From Eledone cirrhosa (Eukaryota), in contig OZ024743.1 in the NCBI GenBank assembly GCA_964016885.1, positions 49,972,001-50,036,000 of the forward strand: a stretch of DNA of 64,000 nt. The letters are read 5' to 3'. Made by a program: the position numbers and the translations under genes. Below are positions 1-14,385 of this stretch, piece after piece. Numbering within the stretch: position 1 is the stretch's first letter; each line of letters starts with the position of its first letter. The notes beneath the pieces are model-generated. The model was not told where the DNA came from. It saw only the letters and a list, made by a program, of their open reading frames with translations, and did not search any database.

Positions 1-2114
1 GGTGTTGTTGTTGTGGTGTTGTTGTTGTGGTGGTGTTGTTGTTGGGGTGGTGTTGTTGTTGTGTTGTTGTGTTGTTGTTGTTGTTGTGGTGGTGAGGTGG
101 TGGTGGTTGTGGTGTTGTTGTTGTGTTGTTGTTGTTGTTGTTGTTGTTGTGTTGTTGTTGTTGTTGTGTTGTTGTTGTTGTTGTTGTGTTGTTGTTGTTG
201 TGGTGGTGGTGTTGTTGTTGTGTTGTTGTTGTGGTGGTGCTGTTGTTGTGGTGTTGTTGTTGTTGTGGTGATGGTGGTGTTGTTGTTGTGGTGGTGTTGT
301 TGTTGTTGTTGTGTTGTTGTTGTTGTTGTTATGGTGGTGGTGGTGGTGTTGTTGTTGTGGTGGTGTTGTTGTGGTGGTGTTGTTGTTGAGGTGGTGTTGT
401 TGTTGTGTTGTTGTGTTGTTGTTGTGGTGGTGGTGGTCGTGTTGTTGTTGTGTTGTTGTTGTTCTTGTTGTAGTTGTTGTTGTTGTTGTGTTGTTGTTGT
501 TGTTGTTGTGTTGTTGTTGTTGTTGTTGTTGTGTTGTTGTTGTTGTTGTTGTGTTGTTGTTGTGGTGTTTTTGTTGTGGTGTTGTTGTGGTGTTGTTGTT
601 GTGGTGGTGTTGTTGTTGTGTTGTTGTGGTGGTGCTGTTGTTGTGGTGTTGCTGTTGTTGTGGTGTTGCTGTTGTTGTGGTGATGGTGGTGTTGTTGTTG
701 TTGTGTTGTTGTTGTGGTGTTGTTGTGGTGTTGTTGTTGTGTTGTTGTGGTGGTGTTGTTGTGGTGGTGGTGGTGTTGTTGTTGTGTTGTTGTTGTTGTT
801 GTTATGGTGGTGGTGTTGTTGTTGTTGTGGTGTTGTTGTTGTGTCGTTGTTGTGGTGGTGCTGTTGTTGTGGTGTTGTTGTTATTGTGGTGGTGTTGTTG
901 TTGTTGTTGTTGTGGTAATGTTGTGGTGTTGTTGTGGTGTTGTTGTGTTGTTGTGGTGGTGTTGTTGTGGTGGTGGTGGTGTTGTTGTGGTGTTGTTGTG
1001 GTGGTGTTGTTGTGGTGGTGGTGGTGTTGTTGTTGTGTTGTTGATGTTGCTATGGTGGTGGTGTTGTTGTTGTGGTGTTGTTGTTGTGGTGGTGTTGTTG
1101 TTGGGGTGGTGTTGTTGTTGTGTTGTTGTGTTGTTGTTGTTGTGGTGGTGAGGTGGTGGTGGTTGTGGTGTTGTTGTTGTGTTGTTGTTGTTGTTGTTGT
1201 GTTGTTGTTGTTGTTGTGTTGTTGTTGTTGTTGTTGTGTTGTTGTTGTTGTGGTGGTGGTGTTGTTGTTGTGGTGGTGGTGTTGTTGTTGTGTTGTTGTT
1301 GTGGTGGTGCTGTTGTTGTGGTGTTGTTGTTGTTGTGGTGATGGTGGTGTTGTTGTTGTGGTGGTGTTGTTGTTGTTGTTGTGTTGTGGTAGTGGTATTG
1401 TTGTTGTGTTGTTGTTGATGTTGTAATGGTGGTGGTGTTGTTGTTGTGGTGGTGTTGTTGTGGTGGTGTTGTTGTTGAGGTGGTGTTGTTGTTGTGTTGT
1501 TGTGTTGTTGTTGTGGTGGTGGTGGTCGTGTTGTTGTTGTTGTGTTGTTGTTGTTCTTGTTGTTGTTGTTGTTGTGTTGTTGTTGTTGTTGTTGTGTTGT
1601 TGTTGTTGTTGTTGTTGTGTTGTTGTTGTGGTGGTGGTGTTGTTGTTGTGGTGTTGTTGATGTTGTGGTGGTGGTGTTGTTGTTGTGGTGTTGTTGTTGT
1701 TGTGGTGGTGGTGTTGTTGTTGATGTTGTTGTGGTGGTGGTGGTGGTGGTGTTGTTGTTGTGTTGTTGTTGGTGGTGGTGATGGTGGTGGTTGTTGTTGT
1801 GGTGTTGTTGTTGTTTTTGTGGTGTTGTTGTTGTTGTTGTGGTGGTGGTGGTTGTTGTTGTGGTGGTGGTGTTGTTGTTGTGTTGTTGTTGCTGTTGTTG
1901 TGGTGGTGGTTGTTGTTGTTGTGGTGGTGGTGGTGGTGGCGGTGGTTGTCGTTGTGGTGGTGGTGGTGGTGTGGTTGTTGCTGTTGTTGCTGTTGTTGCT
2001 ATTATTGTTGTCGTTATTGTTATTGTTGCTGCTGTTGTTGCTATTATTGTTGTCGTTATTGTTATTGTTGCTGCTGTTGTTGTTGATGTTGTTGTTGTTG
2101 TTACTGTTGCTGTT

Positions 2115-2145
<31 letters not shown>

Positions 2146-2165
2146 TTGTTGTTACTGTTGTTCTT
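1..2165. repeat. Compound (GTT)n/(GGT)n/(GT) low-complexity microsatellite
   Basis: Almost pure G/T triplet repeats; the block at ~1-330 recurs at ~1060-1385. Confidence 0.95.
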
Positions 2166-2356
2166 GTTCAACATCTTTACCCCCCCCCCAACATGTACTC
2201 TACAGAAATTTGGTAAATTAAGACGTCAAAGTCAACTGCCGTGATTATATAAATAAAGCAAGGAATATACATACATACATACATACATGCCTATATATAT
2301 ACCTATATGTATACCTACATGCATGTATATATATATACATACATGTATACCTACAT

Positions 2357-2425
<69 letters not shown>

Positions 2426-2466
2426 CATATACATACATACATACATACATACATACATACATACAT

Positions 2467-2540
<74 letters not shown>

Positions 2541-2869
2541 GAGGGGGGTGAGTATAAATAAACAAATGTATATATATAACCATGGAATGTCACTGAGAAA
2601 GTTCGGTAAGAAAATACGGTATTTGTTATTACTGTCTGAATGTCTAGCTATGCTTTGATGAAGGGTAGTTATGTGTGCCTGTGGGTGTGCTGATATATAT
2701 ATGTGTGCCTGTGGGTGTGCTGATATATATGTGTGCCTGTGGGTGCTCTTATATATAACGTGTGACGTAATATATGTAGAGTATGTAAATGTGATTTCAG
2801 CTCTCTGCAGCCATTGTATGTTTATCACTTTCTTTTGTTAATAGTTCCTCAATTTTAGGCTGTCGAGCG

Positions 2870-3325
2870 ATGGACACAGAACAACGAACCAGCTCGAAGT
2901 TTGTGGTTCGGTTGGGGTAAACTGTCAGAAGCACTTTGAATACTGCAGCAAATGTCAAGAGAGGGCGTGGAAAACGAGTCCAGGAACGGAAGGTCTTCAA
3001 CGGGCATGTCTGAGGCCAGCGTTGAGTGGGCGAGGCGGATGGTGCGTGGCGATCGTCGGCTGACTGTTCGACTGATCGCAAGTGAGCTGAGCATGGACCG
3101 TGACAGCAGTTGGAAGATTATCACCGAAGATTTGGTCATGCGGAAGATCTGCTGGAAGATGGTGCCGAAGGTACTGAACGGTGACCAAAATGAACGGGAC
3201 AAGAGTGTCAGGACACCCTCGAGTCTCTTGAAACCGAACCAGACTGGCTTGGGAGAGTCATCACGGGTGATGAGTCAAGGGGCCCGTTTTAGGGACGTGG
3301 ACGCCATCATGAGGGCTATAACGAA
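2870..3325 (+). pseudogene. Tc1/mariner (mariner-type) transposase remnant, internally deleted
   Basis: MDTEQR...FVVRLG N-terminus, DRRLTVRLIASELSM..SWKIITEDLVMRKICWKMVPKVL (HTH + WVP-like linker), ITGDES (first catalytic D) in another frame, then GARFRDVDAI; stops and frameshifts. Confidence 0.85.
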
Positions 3326-4065
3326 ACACTACACCATACCACTATATACCACCACACTCCACCACACTCCACCACACTCCACCATACTCCAATACACACG
3401 ACCACACACTTCACCACACTACACCACACCACCACACTCCACCACACTCCACCACACTCCACCATACTCCACTACACACGTCACCACACCACATTACACT
3501 ACACCACCCACAATCCACCACACTCCACCACACACCACATTACACCACACACCACCACACTCCACCACACTCCACCACACACCACCACACTCCACCACAC
3601 ACCACCACACTCCACCAGACACCACCACACTCCACCACAAACCACCACACACCACCACATTACACCACACACCACCACACTCCACCACACTCCACCACAC
3701 ACCACCACACTCCACCACACACCACCACACTCCACCAGACACCACCACACTCCACCACACACCACCACACACCACCACACTCCACCACACTCCACCACAT
3801 TCCACCACACACCACCACACTCCACCACACACGTCACCACACCACATTACACCACACATCACCACACTCCACCACACACCACCACACTCCACCACACTCC
3901 ACCACACTCCACCACACACCACCACCCTCCACCACACACGTCACCACACCACATTACACCACACATCACCACACTCCACCACACTCCACCACACTCCACC
4001 ACACTCCACTACACTCCACCACACTCCACCACACTCCACCACACCACCATGTACTACCACACACC
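3326..4065. repeat. CCACCACAC(T/A)-type ~10-bp tandem repeat
   Basis: Direct tandem repetition. Confidence 0.9.
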
Positions 4066-4932
4066 GACTGTAACATGAAACAGTCACAGACTACACTGCC
4101 GTATAATGCATTTCAATACACCTCAGAAACCTATACGTGGTCGCTAACCCTACTAGAAATAGCAACCATATCTCTCTGCAATCAGACACGACTGTCAAGA
4201 AAAATGTGATATTTAACTTTACTACCTTGGGTAACTTTCGGTGTTAGATTTAATCTATCAGATGGAATAAGATAAGGGTTTGGTCCTTTGGTGGTAGACA
4301 TAATCTATCAGATGGTTTAACACCAACACCTGACCCTTGGGTGGATGCCGTTAACCGTGTTCACACAAGCATTTAAACAAAGTATCCAGTTTAAGGACAC
4401 TTTCTTTTCCCCTTCCTTCCCAACAGTCCCTTAGGCCCAGAATAGGGGTATGAATATTACACTTGCCTCCTTGACAAACCACACCACACCACAACTCCTC
4501 TACGACATCATCCTGCCATTATATAGTGGTCCGTAGAGAGTCGGACGCCATGCTTTGCATGACTTTCCCCTCCCCCAAAATTGCTGGCCTTGTGCCTATA
4601 TAAGAAACCATTATATAACTATTAACATTGCCACTCTCGTCTGCTTTACGTTTTATCAGTTCTCATCATTACCTGTCATGGCAGCTTCACATATCTTGTC
4701 TGTGTCACTGGAGCCATGTGTGTGCGTTAGTCTACGTTAGTGTGCGTTAGTGTGCGTGTTCTTGTATGGTGTCACAAACAAAGTAACATCTCTCTCTCTC
4801 TCTTCCCCCTCTCCCTCTCCCTCCCTTCCCCCTCTCTCTCTCTCTATCTGTCTATCTAATACTAACACTTTATACTGCACTCTTCACTTTGGTTTTGTTT
4901 TCTGTTTTAACTGTAATATATATATATACACA

Positions 4933-4974
<42 letters not shown>

Positions 4975-5009
4975 GAGGTTATATTTAATTAGTTGGTAGT
5001 CTATATTAT

Positions 5010-5073
5010 ATTTTATCTGATGAAAGCGCACCATTATCTGCTTTGGTGGCCCTTGAAATATATATAATGAAAT
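5010..5073 (+). ncRNA. Type I minimal hammerhead ribozyme (TATATA family)
   Basis: attttat-CTGATGA-aagcgcacca..tggtggccctt-GAAA-tatata-TA-atgaaat; stem I 7 bp including one G-U. Confidence 0.7.
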
Positions 5074-5136
5074 AAATATAGTTTTATAAATATAGTTTCC
5101 ATTTGTTAATATATTGTATATATATCTATATATATA

Positions 5137-5570
5137 TAAACGGAAAAATTGAAACGAAATTTTATTTCCCACTCTTAGTACGGCTGTTACTTAAATATAA
5201 GTATGTACACGTACATACATATATGTATACAGACGTACAGTAGTATGTATATATATATACATACATGCACACATATATATATGTACGTATGGATTCACCG
5301 AACATTTATTATAATGCTCGGTGTGTTTGTAAACAAACATCCCGTATTAAGCCGTAGTGTCCAGCAACCATCGTTGCTCGTTTGTTCAACACTGACAAAG
5401 GAACGCTGTACTAGTTTCAAGCTTATTAGCTATCGTCAGTAACGTATACCTTCCTGCCAGATTGTTGAACGTATATACTTACCTTATGCATATTAACAGC
5501 TGAGAAGCCCAATTTGTATATCGAGTGGGTTAATCGGCCGGGTGCACCGAAAACGATAAATGGAAAAAAA
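5137..5570 (-). mobile_element. Non-autonomous HHR element family B (copy 1), degenerate HHR at 5403-5445
   Basis: Homologous to 12591-13385 and 30506-30970; flanked by (TA)n. Confidence 0.75.
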
Positions 5571-5580
5571 TATATGTATG

Positions 5581-5653
<73 letters not shown>

Positions 5654-5782
5654 AAAGTTATATTTAAAATTGTTGGGTTACAACTAGTAAATATTTATAA
5701 CTGATATAAAAGCACTCGACAAATATTTGGAGTATATTTACAATATTAAATAAATGGAAACTATATTTATAAAACCATATTT

Positions 5783-5846
5783 ATTTCATTATATATATTT
5801 CGGGGATATCATATTAACAATATGCTATGCCTTCCTCAGACAAAAT
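5783..5846 (-). ncRNA. Type I hammerhead ribozyme (mirror copy)
   Basis: Reverse complement of 6048-6111. Confidence 0.65.
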
Positions 5847-6047
5847 ACAATATAAACAGTTTTATAGATAAATAGATTCGACATACCGTAACTACACCGA
5901 CTTGCATTTGAAGAGGTTGGATTGGCAGTGAAAAAATTTTACACAGAGAGTGTAAAATTTTTTCACTGCCAATCCAACCTCTTCAAATGCAAGTCGGTGT
6001 AGTTACGGTATGTCGAATCTATTTATCTATAAAACTGTTTATATTGT

Positions 6048-6111
6048 ATTTTGTCTGAGGAAGGCATAGCATATTGTTAATATGATATCCCCGAAATATA
6101 TATAATGAAAT
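6048..6111 (+). ncRNA. Type I hammerhead ribozyme
   Basis: attttgt-CTGAGGA-..catatt gtt aatatg..-GAAA-tatata-TA-atgaaat. Confidence 0.65.
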
Positions 6112-6153
6112 AAATATGGTTTTATAAATATAGTTTCCATTTATTTAATATTG

Positions 6154-6189
<36 letters not shown>

Positions 6190-6287
6190 TATATATATAA
6201 TATATTTAATTTAAAAATTTTACTCCAACCGTTAAGGTTGCCTTTTTTTCCGGGTATGTCAATATTTATTTATAAAACAAATCTGTA

Positions 6288-6340
6288 GTTTATCTGATGA
6301 AAGCGCACCATAATTTGCCTTGAAATATGTATAATAAAAT
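6288..6340 (+). ncRNA. Type I hammerhead ribozyme, shortened stem II copy of 5010 family
   Basis: gtttat-CTGATGA-aagcgca..tgcctt-GAAA-tatgta-TA-ataaaat. Confidence 0.6.
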
Positions 6341-6990
6341 AAATATGGTTTTATAAATATAGTTTCCATTTATTAATATATTGTATTATTTATTTATTTT
6401 CTGTTTTCTTCATTTATTGCGTTATATTTCTTCATATACATGGAAGAACCCCCCCCCCCTCACCACCACCACCACTATGATGGTGGCAGAAGGGATGAAG
6501 AAAAAACACACACTGGATACTTCTAAATTCTTAGCAGCAGCAAGATATAAGCTGACCACAACACCAACAACACTACCAAAATAATGGTAGAGGTCAAATG
6601 TACTGAACAATAGCAGGCAAAAACACTACAGGGAGCCTCACCCCAGAAAGAATTCTATAGACTTCTGACTGAGGAATGCTCTCAGAACTGACCAGTGGGA
6701 AGTTTGACACTTTTTTTGTTATTTTATTCCTTTAACACCTTGTCCCTTCTACCATTTTATCAATTTTTAAGCTAACTCCAACAATAACAACACTTAGAAT
6801 GAGGAATGTTCTAATAACTGACCAATGAGAGGAGAAGAGGATCTTTGACACTGAAATTCGTTTGTTTGAATTCACATGACTCCAGTTCCTCAGTGAAATA
6901 ACAACCCAACAAGGAACTGGGCATATCAGAGTATTGACAATATTATACACCTAAACAACATATGTACTTGTCTATACCATACTAATTCAA

Positions 6991-7045
6991 ACTGCCTGAA
7001 GAGGTCACAGCCAAAGATGGCTGTCACTGAAATATATATAGCAGT
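6991..7045 (+). ncRNA. Type I minimal hammerhead ribozyme
   Basis: actgc-CTGAAGA-..acagcca aaga tggctgt..-GAAA-tatata-TA-gcagt; homolog at 33660 with covarying stem II. Confidence 0.8.
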
Positions 7046-7089
7046 AATAAACGAAGCTAAATTTTAATCATTTGACTTTTATGTAGCTT

Positions 7090-7147
<58 letters not shown>

Positions 7148-7166
7148 ATTTCTGTTTCCCTTTTAC

Positions 7167-7222
<56 letters not shown>

Positions 7223-7227
<5 letters not shown>

Positions 7228-7350
7228 ACAATATCTTCAGGTTTAGCAATTAAATAGAAAAAAACTAAGTCACAATCAAATCTCTGAATTAATTAATTCT
7301 GGCTTAGTTTTTTTCTATTTAATTGCTAAACCTGTAGATATTGTTCTCTA
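7223..7350. repeat. Short inverted-repeat (fold-back) element
   Basis: agagaacaatatcttcaggtttagcaattaaatagaaaaaaactaag mirrored by cttagttttttctatttaattgctaaacctgtagatattgttctct. Confidence 0.7.
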
Positions 7351-7527
7351 TACAGTAACGGTAAAACTCACTTGTAATAATTCTTTACACACATCTCACT
7401 GTGTAACACACTTCTCTTTGTGTAATATATTTTTATTTGAGCTCAGAAGAAAATTCTCTATTCTTCTTTGAGCTAATACTATTATTATTATTACAGTGAA
7501 CTGCGGAGTACTCTTAATTCCGATCTT

Positions 7528-7880
<353 letters not shown>

Positions 7881-8220
7881 TTTGTACATACATACAAACA
7901 TACATACACACATATATATATATGTGTATGTGTGTGTGTGTATATATGTGTGTGTATATATATATATATATATGTATGTATATATATATATATGTATGTA
8001 TGTATTTATGTATGTATGTATATATATATGTATGTATATAGATATGTGTGTATACAGTATTTACGTATCGAGAAAGAGAAAAAAGGGGAGAATAGGTGAT
8101 ACATATAGTTATTTGTCAAGTAGCGTATGCCAAAGGTGCTCGATACTAGTGCCGGCAGTACTAAATATTCGAAGTGTTAATATTTAGTGGGCTAGAGAGT
8201 TAGCAGAGCGTAAGCACGTG

Positions 8221-8414
8221 GGAAAGTGAAAAATCGGAGAATAGACCGTTAAAACATGTTTATTTAAAACAGCACCTACGTACGTTTCGCCCAGCAATAT
8301 AAGGAACACTTGTGATTATTTATGCCCTTGAGAAGCCCAGCTGGGCGAAACGTACGTAGGTGCTGTTTTAAATAAACATGTTTTAACGGTCTATTCTCCG
8401 ATTTTTTACTTTCC
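8221..8414. mobile_element. Fold-back element (arms ~8221-8295/8340-8414) containing a U3:A8 hammerhead
   Basis: Arms are reverse complements; adjacent (TA)n. Confidence 0.75.
8324..8363 (+). ncRNA. Type I hammerhead, U3:A8 core variant
   Basis: gccc-TTGAGAA-gcccag/ctgggc-GAAA-cgtacg-TA-ggtgc; stem I is weak (bulged). Confidence 0.55.
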
Positions 8415-8441
8415 TATGTGTGTATATATATATATATATAG

Positions 8442-8617
<176 letters not shown>

Positions 8618-9104
8618 TTATTCTGCTCCTCCAAATATCATTGAGAAAGAATTCAGGTCAAGGTCTTCAGGTTGCGTTACATTTTTTTTCTTGGGTGTTG
8701 CTAGTAATATGTAGATATGTGTGTGTGCGCATGTGTGTGTATGTATGTGTATAGGTGTGCCTGCCTGTACGTGTGTTTCTGTCTATACGTGTGTGCCTGT
8801 TTTTCTATATATGTGAGTATCTGTGTAGTAAGATTGCATGTGAAATATGGCTGTGTCTGTGCGTGTGTATGTGTCTGTTTCTACGTGTAGTTGTGTGTGT
8901 GTGTGTGTGTGTGTCTGTCTGTTTTTTACTGTTTAGTTGTGTGTGTGTGTGTGCATGTATTTATGTAATATGTATGCATGCATGCCTATATGTATGTATG
9001 CCTTTTTCTATACGTGTATGTAATTATGTATATGTAAATGTTGGTATGTACATGCATACATGCGCACATACATACATACATGCACATATGCATACATACA
9101 TACA

Positions 9105-9140
<36 letters not shown>

Positions 9141-9300
9141 CATACATACATATATACATACATATATACATATATACATACATACATATATACATACATA
9201 TATACATATATACATACATATATACATATATACATACATATATACATACAAACATATATACCGACAGACAGACTGACAGATATATATATATATATATATA

Positions 9301-9404
9301 CGTTATTCCGGGTTGAATCGGAGGTAACCACAGTAAGTAAGGTACTCAATACATAGCAGAGTATAACAGTTTTAATATAGATGGTAGAATCTCATCTATA
9401 TTAA

Positions 9405-9408
<4 letters not shown>
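9301..9408 (-). mobile_element. Terminal fragment of the 35030-35828 HHR family with short fold-back
   Basis: Same gttattccgg..gaatc..gaggtaac..cagtaagtaaggtactcaatac start; gttttaatatagatg/catctatattaaaac inversion; also at ~25660-25704. Confidence 0.7.
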
Positions 9409-9448
<40 letters not shown>

Positions 9449-9971
9449 GTCTGCTTGCCCCGGATCTGTATTTGTTTTGTAAAATGTTTGGTGTTTTGAA
9501 AGGAATATCTTCATATTTTGGGAGAGTTCTACAGCCAGTATAATAGTACAGTAAGCATGTATTAGAGTGTTTGTGTGTGAGTGTGTGTGTATGCGTGTAT
9601 GTATATATAAGAATATATATATATACATATATGTGTATGCGTCTGCATATATATTATAAGTATATATGTTAACGCATTGTGATCTATATTGTTGATATAC
9701 GATGTAAGTTATATATTTTGCACTCAGCCTCACCGCTATGTCCGGGTCAGTATAAAATCTTTTCCTGGGTCCTGTATTTTCGTTGCTCTAGTGATGCGGC
9801 TGGACTGCCGATCGTTATATCTGATTTGCTAAGCTGTCTGAACGTAACGTTATTACTCTGGGGTCTTTCCTCATCTGAGTGCTCAAGCTACAGATCTATT
9901 ATGCATACACGCTATCTTAGCCGTATTCTAAATCTTCGTCAATGCGGTACTAAAATTTATTTATATATATT

Positions 9972-10634
9972 CACTGATGAAGGACCACTTTATTCATATG
10001 TAACCCATTTGCAACTCCGCAGCACGTTTATTCTCATATTTACACATATTTTTTTCTCCCGCTGTGACCCGTCTATTTCGTTCTTACTGCTTCCTCTTTC
10101 TCTGTATCTTTACCCTCTCTAACAGTCACTCTCTCTCTGTTAGCCTCTTCCTCACCCTTCACTCACTCACTCTCTGTTACTACCTCTCCTCCTCCTCCTC
10201 CTTCCCGTTTGACCTGTGGGTAATTCTTTTCTTTCGCACGCTTGGCCAGGACGGTCGGCATTTTTCTCTCTCTCTCGTCTACGATTTCACAGAACTTATG
10301 TTTACCGAATTCACAGACTAGACCCCTTCTTCCTCCCGTTAGACCTGTACAGAATTCCTTCCTTGCTCACATTCCAACCAGGTTTGATGGTCTTTATTCT
10401 CTCTTGTTCACGATTTCACCGAACATATATTCATGGAAATCTTTGGACTTGACTCCTTCTTCCTCACTTTTCGTTGCTTCACCATCTTTGTTTGTTTACA
10501 CTCTCGCTGTTCCCTTTATTTACATTTCTCAACGACTTTCTTTAGCCGTTGCTCGCACCAACCGGAGGTATATGGTCTTTAAAGCGAAGAAACACCGATG
10601 ATGGTTGGAAGATCACTGATGAAGGACCACTTTA

Positions 10635-10640
<6 letters not shown>
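9972..10640 (+). mobile_element. ~640-bp element with terminal direct repeat (cactgatgaaggaccactttattcata), family D
   Basis: Direct repeat at 9972 and 10614; homologous (reverse) to 29821-30468; in (TA)n. Confidence 0.65.
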
Positions 10641-10672
<32 letters not shown>

Positions 10673-10719
10673 AATAAAATAACAAGGACGATTGGTTACT
10701 CCTTCATTACTTTTATTGG

Positions 10720-10796
<77 letters not shown>

Positions 10797-11229
10797 ATTT
10801 ATGTTATGTAGAACTGGTGATTTCCGTTAGTAAATGATGATGCAATAAATTAAAGCACCCGACGTTATGCAAATCATCCATCGTAGATGTGGTATCCTGT
10901 GACTTGTGCAGGAACGCAGTAAATATTCATTGAAAAGAAGACCGAGATGGCAATTATCTTTAAAATTTTAATTCAGCGAAAACACTATAAATTTTTCAAT
11001 GGTTCAGTTTTATCATCCGATCTTGATGCAAGGTGATTTCATCAGGTGCTGATTGCAGAATTAATTCTATAACACAACAGGATTACCGCGAACACAAACA
11101 GAGAATAGAAAATAGACTTTGTTCTGAGATGATTCGGTGTTACTGTAACAGCAAAACAGACAAATACAAAACAGAAGTATGCGTGCAGGCATATATATAT
11201 GTATATTTGTCTGTCTGTCTGTCTCCCTC

Positions 11230-11292
<63 letters not shown>

Positions 11293-11492
11293 AATATATA
11301 CATATATGTATATCTATATATGTGTGTGTGTGTGTGTGTACGTGTACATATATGTATTACGCATGTATGTATATATATATATATGTGTGTGTGTGCGTAT
11401 GTGTGTGTGTGTGTACGTGTACATATATGTATTACGTATGTATGTATATATATGTGTGTGTGTGTGTTTGTATGTGTGTACATGTTTGTATG

Positions 11493-11545
<53 letters not shown>

Positions 11546-11844
11546 AGAGAGAGAGAGAGTGGGAGAGAAATAGATAAGACAGAGTGGGAGAGAGAGAGAG
11601 ACGCTGAACGAGGAAGGTTACTAAGCAACTGTCTGTTTCCTCAGCAATATATTTCTCTTTAAAGACAATGATGAAGGATCCACTTGTATTTCATAAAAAA
11701 CTAATAAGTTGTTCTCTTGTCTTCTTATTCAATGTCAAGTATAGTTCCTTTGAAAGACCTACATCACAATAACAATGTCGTACTTATACTGAATATATTC
11801 GAGAAATATTTAGATTTGGAATATAACACACACATACATACTTG

Positions 11845-11878
<34 letters not shown>

Positions 11879-11982
11879 AGTGTATGTATGTATCTATGTA
11901 TGTGTGTATGTATGTATGTATGTATGTATGTATGTATGTATGTATGTATGTATGTATGTATGTATGTATGTATGTATGTATG

Positions 11983-12055
11983 TGTCAGGTCGCTCTCGAG
12001 TGCTGCTGGTAACATGTAACCCAGTACAACCTGTCTCGTGGTCGGGTCGTCGGTT
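11983..12055 (+). mobile_element. 5' end fragment of RTE-derived element
   Basis: gtcaggtcgc..ctgctggtaacatgtaacccagtacaacctgtc..ggtcgggtcg matches the reverse complement of 50770-50841; follows (ATGT)n. Confidence 0.65.
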
Positions 12056-12148
12056 ACGTTTCGCTTTTTCTACCCACCGAAATGCGATTCTCGCTGAATT
12101 TATATATATATATATATAGTTATGTAATAAACAACATAAAGCAATTAT

Positions 12149-12207
12149 TTCATTTACCAGTGGTTTCTTGAAAGCAAACAAATTTTGCTTTCAATCATCA
12201 GAATGAA
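12149..12207 (-). ncRNA. Type I hammerhead ribozyme
   Basis: Reverse complement: ttcatt-CTGATGA-ttgaaagcaaa/tttgctttcaa-GAAA-cc act gg-TA-aatgaa; all three helices form. Confidence 0.85.
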
Positions 12208-12507
12208 AAAATCCTGGTGTATTTATTGACATTGGATTTTAAAAACATAAATATAATCTATATGAAAGTGAGGCTGGAAAAGGAAGAAGGAAAGGAAAAA
12301 TAAACACACATCTACATATACACACACAATTACATACACACACATATATACATACACATATATATACATACATATACACATATATAAGCTCTGTAACCTA
12401 CATAGAGCACTCTTTTTTCCTGGACCTTTCCGACGGAATTACTTTATTTATACAGCTCCAACCGGCGGGATTGATTGAAGCATATTCTATATTACATATA
12501 TGATTGG

Positions 12508-12590
<83 letters not shown>

Positions 12591-12592
<2 letters not shown>

Positions 12593-13382
12593 AATGGAAT
12601 AGAATGAAACGAAATTTCATTTCTCACTCTTAGTACGGCAGTTACTTAAATGTAAGTATGTATGTATGTATACGTACATACATATATGTATACAGACGTA
12701 CAGTAGTATGTATATATATACATACATGCACACATATATATGCACGTATCGGTTTACCGAACATTAATTATAATGCTCGGTTTGTTTGTTTGTAAACAAA
12801 CAAACAGCCCGAATTATGCCGTACAGGGTCTAGGCAACCACGTCATCTTTTTGTTCAACACTGACAAAGGAACGATGTACTAGTTTAAAGCTTATTAGCT
12901 ATCGTCAGCATCGTATACCTTCCTGCCAGATGGTTGAACGTCTGAAAATATATACTTTCCTTATGCATATTAACGGATGAGCAGCCTAATTTGCATATCG
13001 AGTGAGTTTAGTCGGCTGGGCGCACCGAAAACGATAAATGGAATAGAATTAAACGAAATGTCATTTCTCACTCTTAGTACGGCAGTTATTTAAATGTAAG
13101 TATGTATGTATACGTACATACATATATGTATACAGACGTACAGTAGTATGTATATATATACATACATGCACACATATATATGCACGTATCGGTTTACCGA
13201 ACATTTATTATAATGCTCGGTTTAGTTTTCAAACTAATAAGCTTGAAACTAGCACATCGTTCCTGTGTCAGTGTTGAACAAAAAGGTGACGTGGTTGCCT
13301 AGACACTGTACGGCGTAATTCGGGCTGTTTGTTTACAAACAAACAAACCGAGCATTATAATAAATGTTCGGTAAACCGATAC

Positions 13383-13385
<3 letters not shown>
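12591..13385 (-). mobile_element. Family B: ~445-bp unit + partial tandem copy + inverted segment; HHR 12872-12914 (G12 mutated)
   Basis: Direct repeat 12591/13036; ~13232-13385 is the reverse complement of the first unit's interior. Confidence 0.8.
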
Positions 13386-13431
<46 letters not shown>

Positions 13432-13433
<2 letters not shown>

Positions 13434-13542
13434 TATTTCGATGATTTGATCAGAGACACACTGTATTTAAGGTCGAGTGAAGCAATTTCGAGTGATTAGC
13501 GGCCTTTAGACTCACCTGATCAATGAAACAATTGTTAATACT
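13432..13542 (+). ncRNA. Hammerhead-like motif with long stem II and altered core (TCGATGA)
   Basis: agtatt-TCGATGA-t-ttgatcag..ctgatcaa-t-GAAA-caattg-TT-aatact; related 3' half (GAAAcaattgTC) at ~20677. Confidence 0.55.
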
Positions 13543-13691
13543 GTAAATAAAACCCTTTTTGTACAGCCGACCATGTTTGAAGACACCATAGTGCTCAAGT
13601 TTAATCTTTCTTGTTAAAGATTTATCATTTCTGCATTAGTTCTATTAAAGGTTTTCAATGAGAAGTTTCTTCAATATAACATGTTTAAAAC

Positions 13692-13768
<77 letters not shown>

Positions 13769-14004
13769 TATATATATATATTTATATATATACAGTGAAG
13801 GAAGTGATACGGATTTTGAATATCCACAATATGTTTGAAGGACATACCTCATGGAAGCATGGAGTCAATCTACAAACTAAAAGGAAGGTTGCGTTAGTAA
13901 TATAATTCTAAAAAGGAATATACGAATACAAGATGGGAGAATGAGGGACGCCTTTGATCGTAGGTCTGTAATAACAGTGTTAACTTAGGGATAAACTACA
14001 ACAA

Positions 14005-14385
14005 TGATTATTTCTTATCTAGCAACAAGGCCAACAATTTGATGAGAGGGGAAAGTCGATTAAATCGACCTCAGTACATTACTGCTACTTTATTTTATCG
14101 ACCCAGTAAGGATGAAAGACAAAGACAACTTCGGCGGGATTTGAACTCAGACTATAAAGGGCCGTAATATTAAAAAGCGTTTCTGATTTAGGCACAAGGC
14201 TAACAATTTGGGGGAGGGGATTACATCGACTCCAGTATTTAACTGATACTTTATTTTATCGACCCTAGAAAGTTGAAAACCAAAGTTGTCGCCGGCGGTA
14301 TTTGAATTCAAAACGTAAAAGGCTGTAACTATATGTCGCACAGTATTTGACCTGATACTCTAACGATTCTACCATCTCCTCGTCC
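14005..14385 (-). mobile_element. Two adjacent tRNA-derived SINE copies (octopus-type)
   Basis: ggcacaaggc..tcgat..atcgacc..ttttatcgaccc..ggatgaaag..ggatttgaactcag; B-box GAGTTCAAATCC on the minus strand. Confidence 0.75.

Larger units (their letters stand above)
5652..6155. mobile_element. Fold-back PLE-terminus-like element with 206-bp inverted arms (5739-5944/5950-6155)
   Basis: Arms are reverse complements around a 5-nt loop (agaga); each arm carries an HHR; (TA)n on both sides. Confidence 0.85.

Noticed and set aside
1-2165. G/T-rich tract as telomere
   Set aside because: No TTAGGG-like fixed unit; irregular GTT/GGT microsatellite
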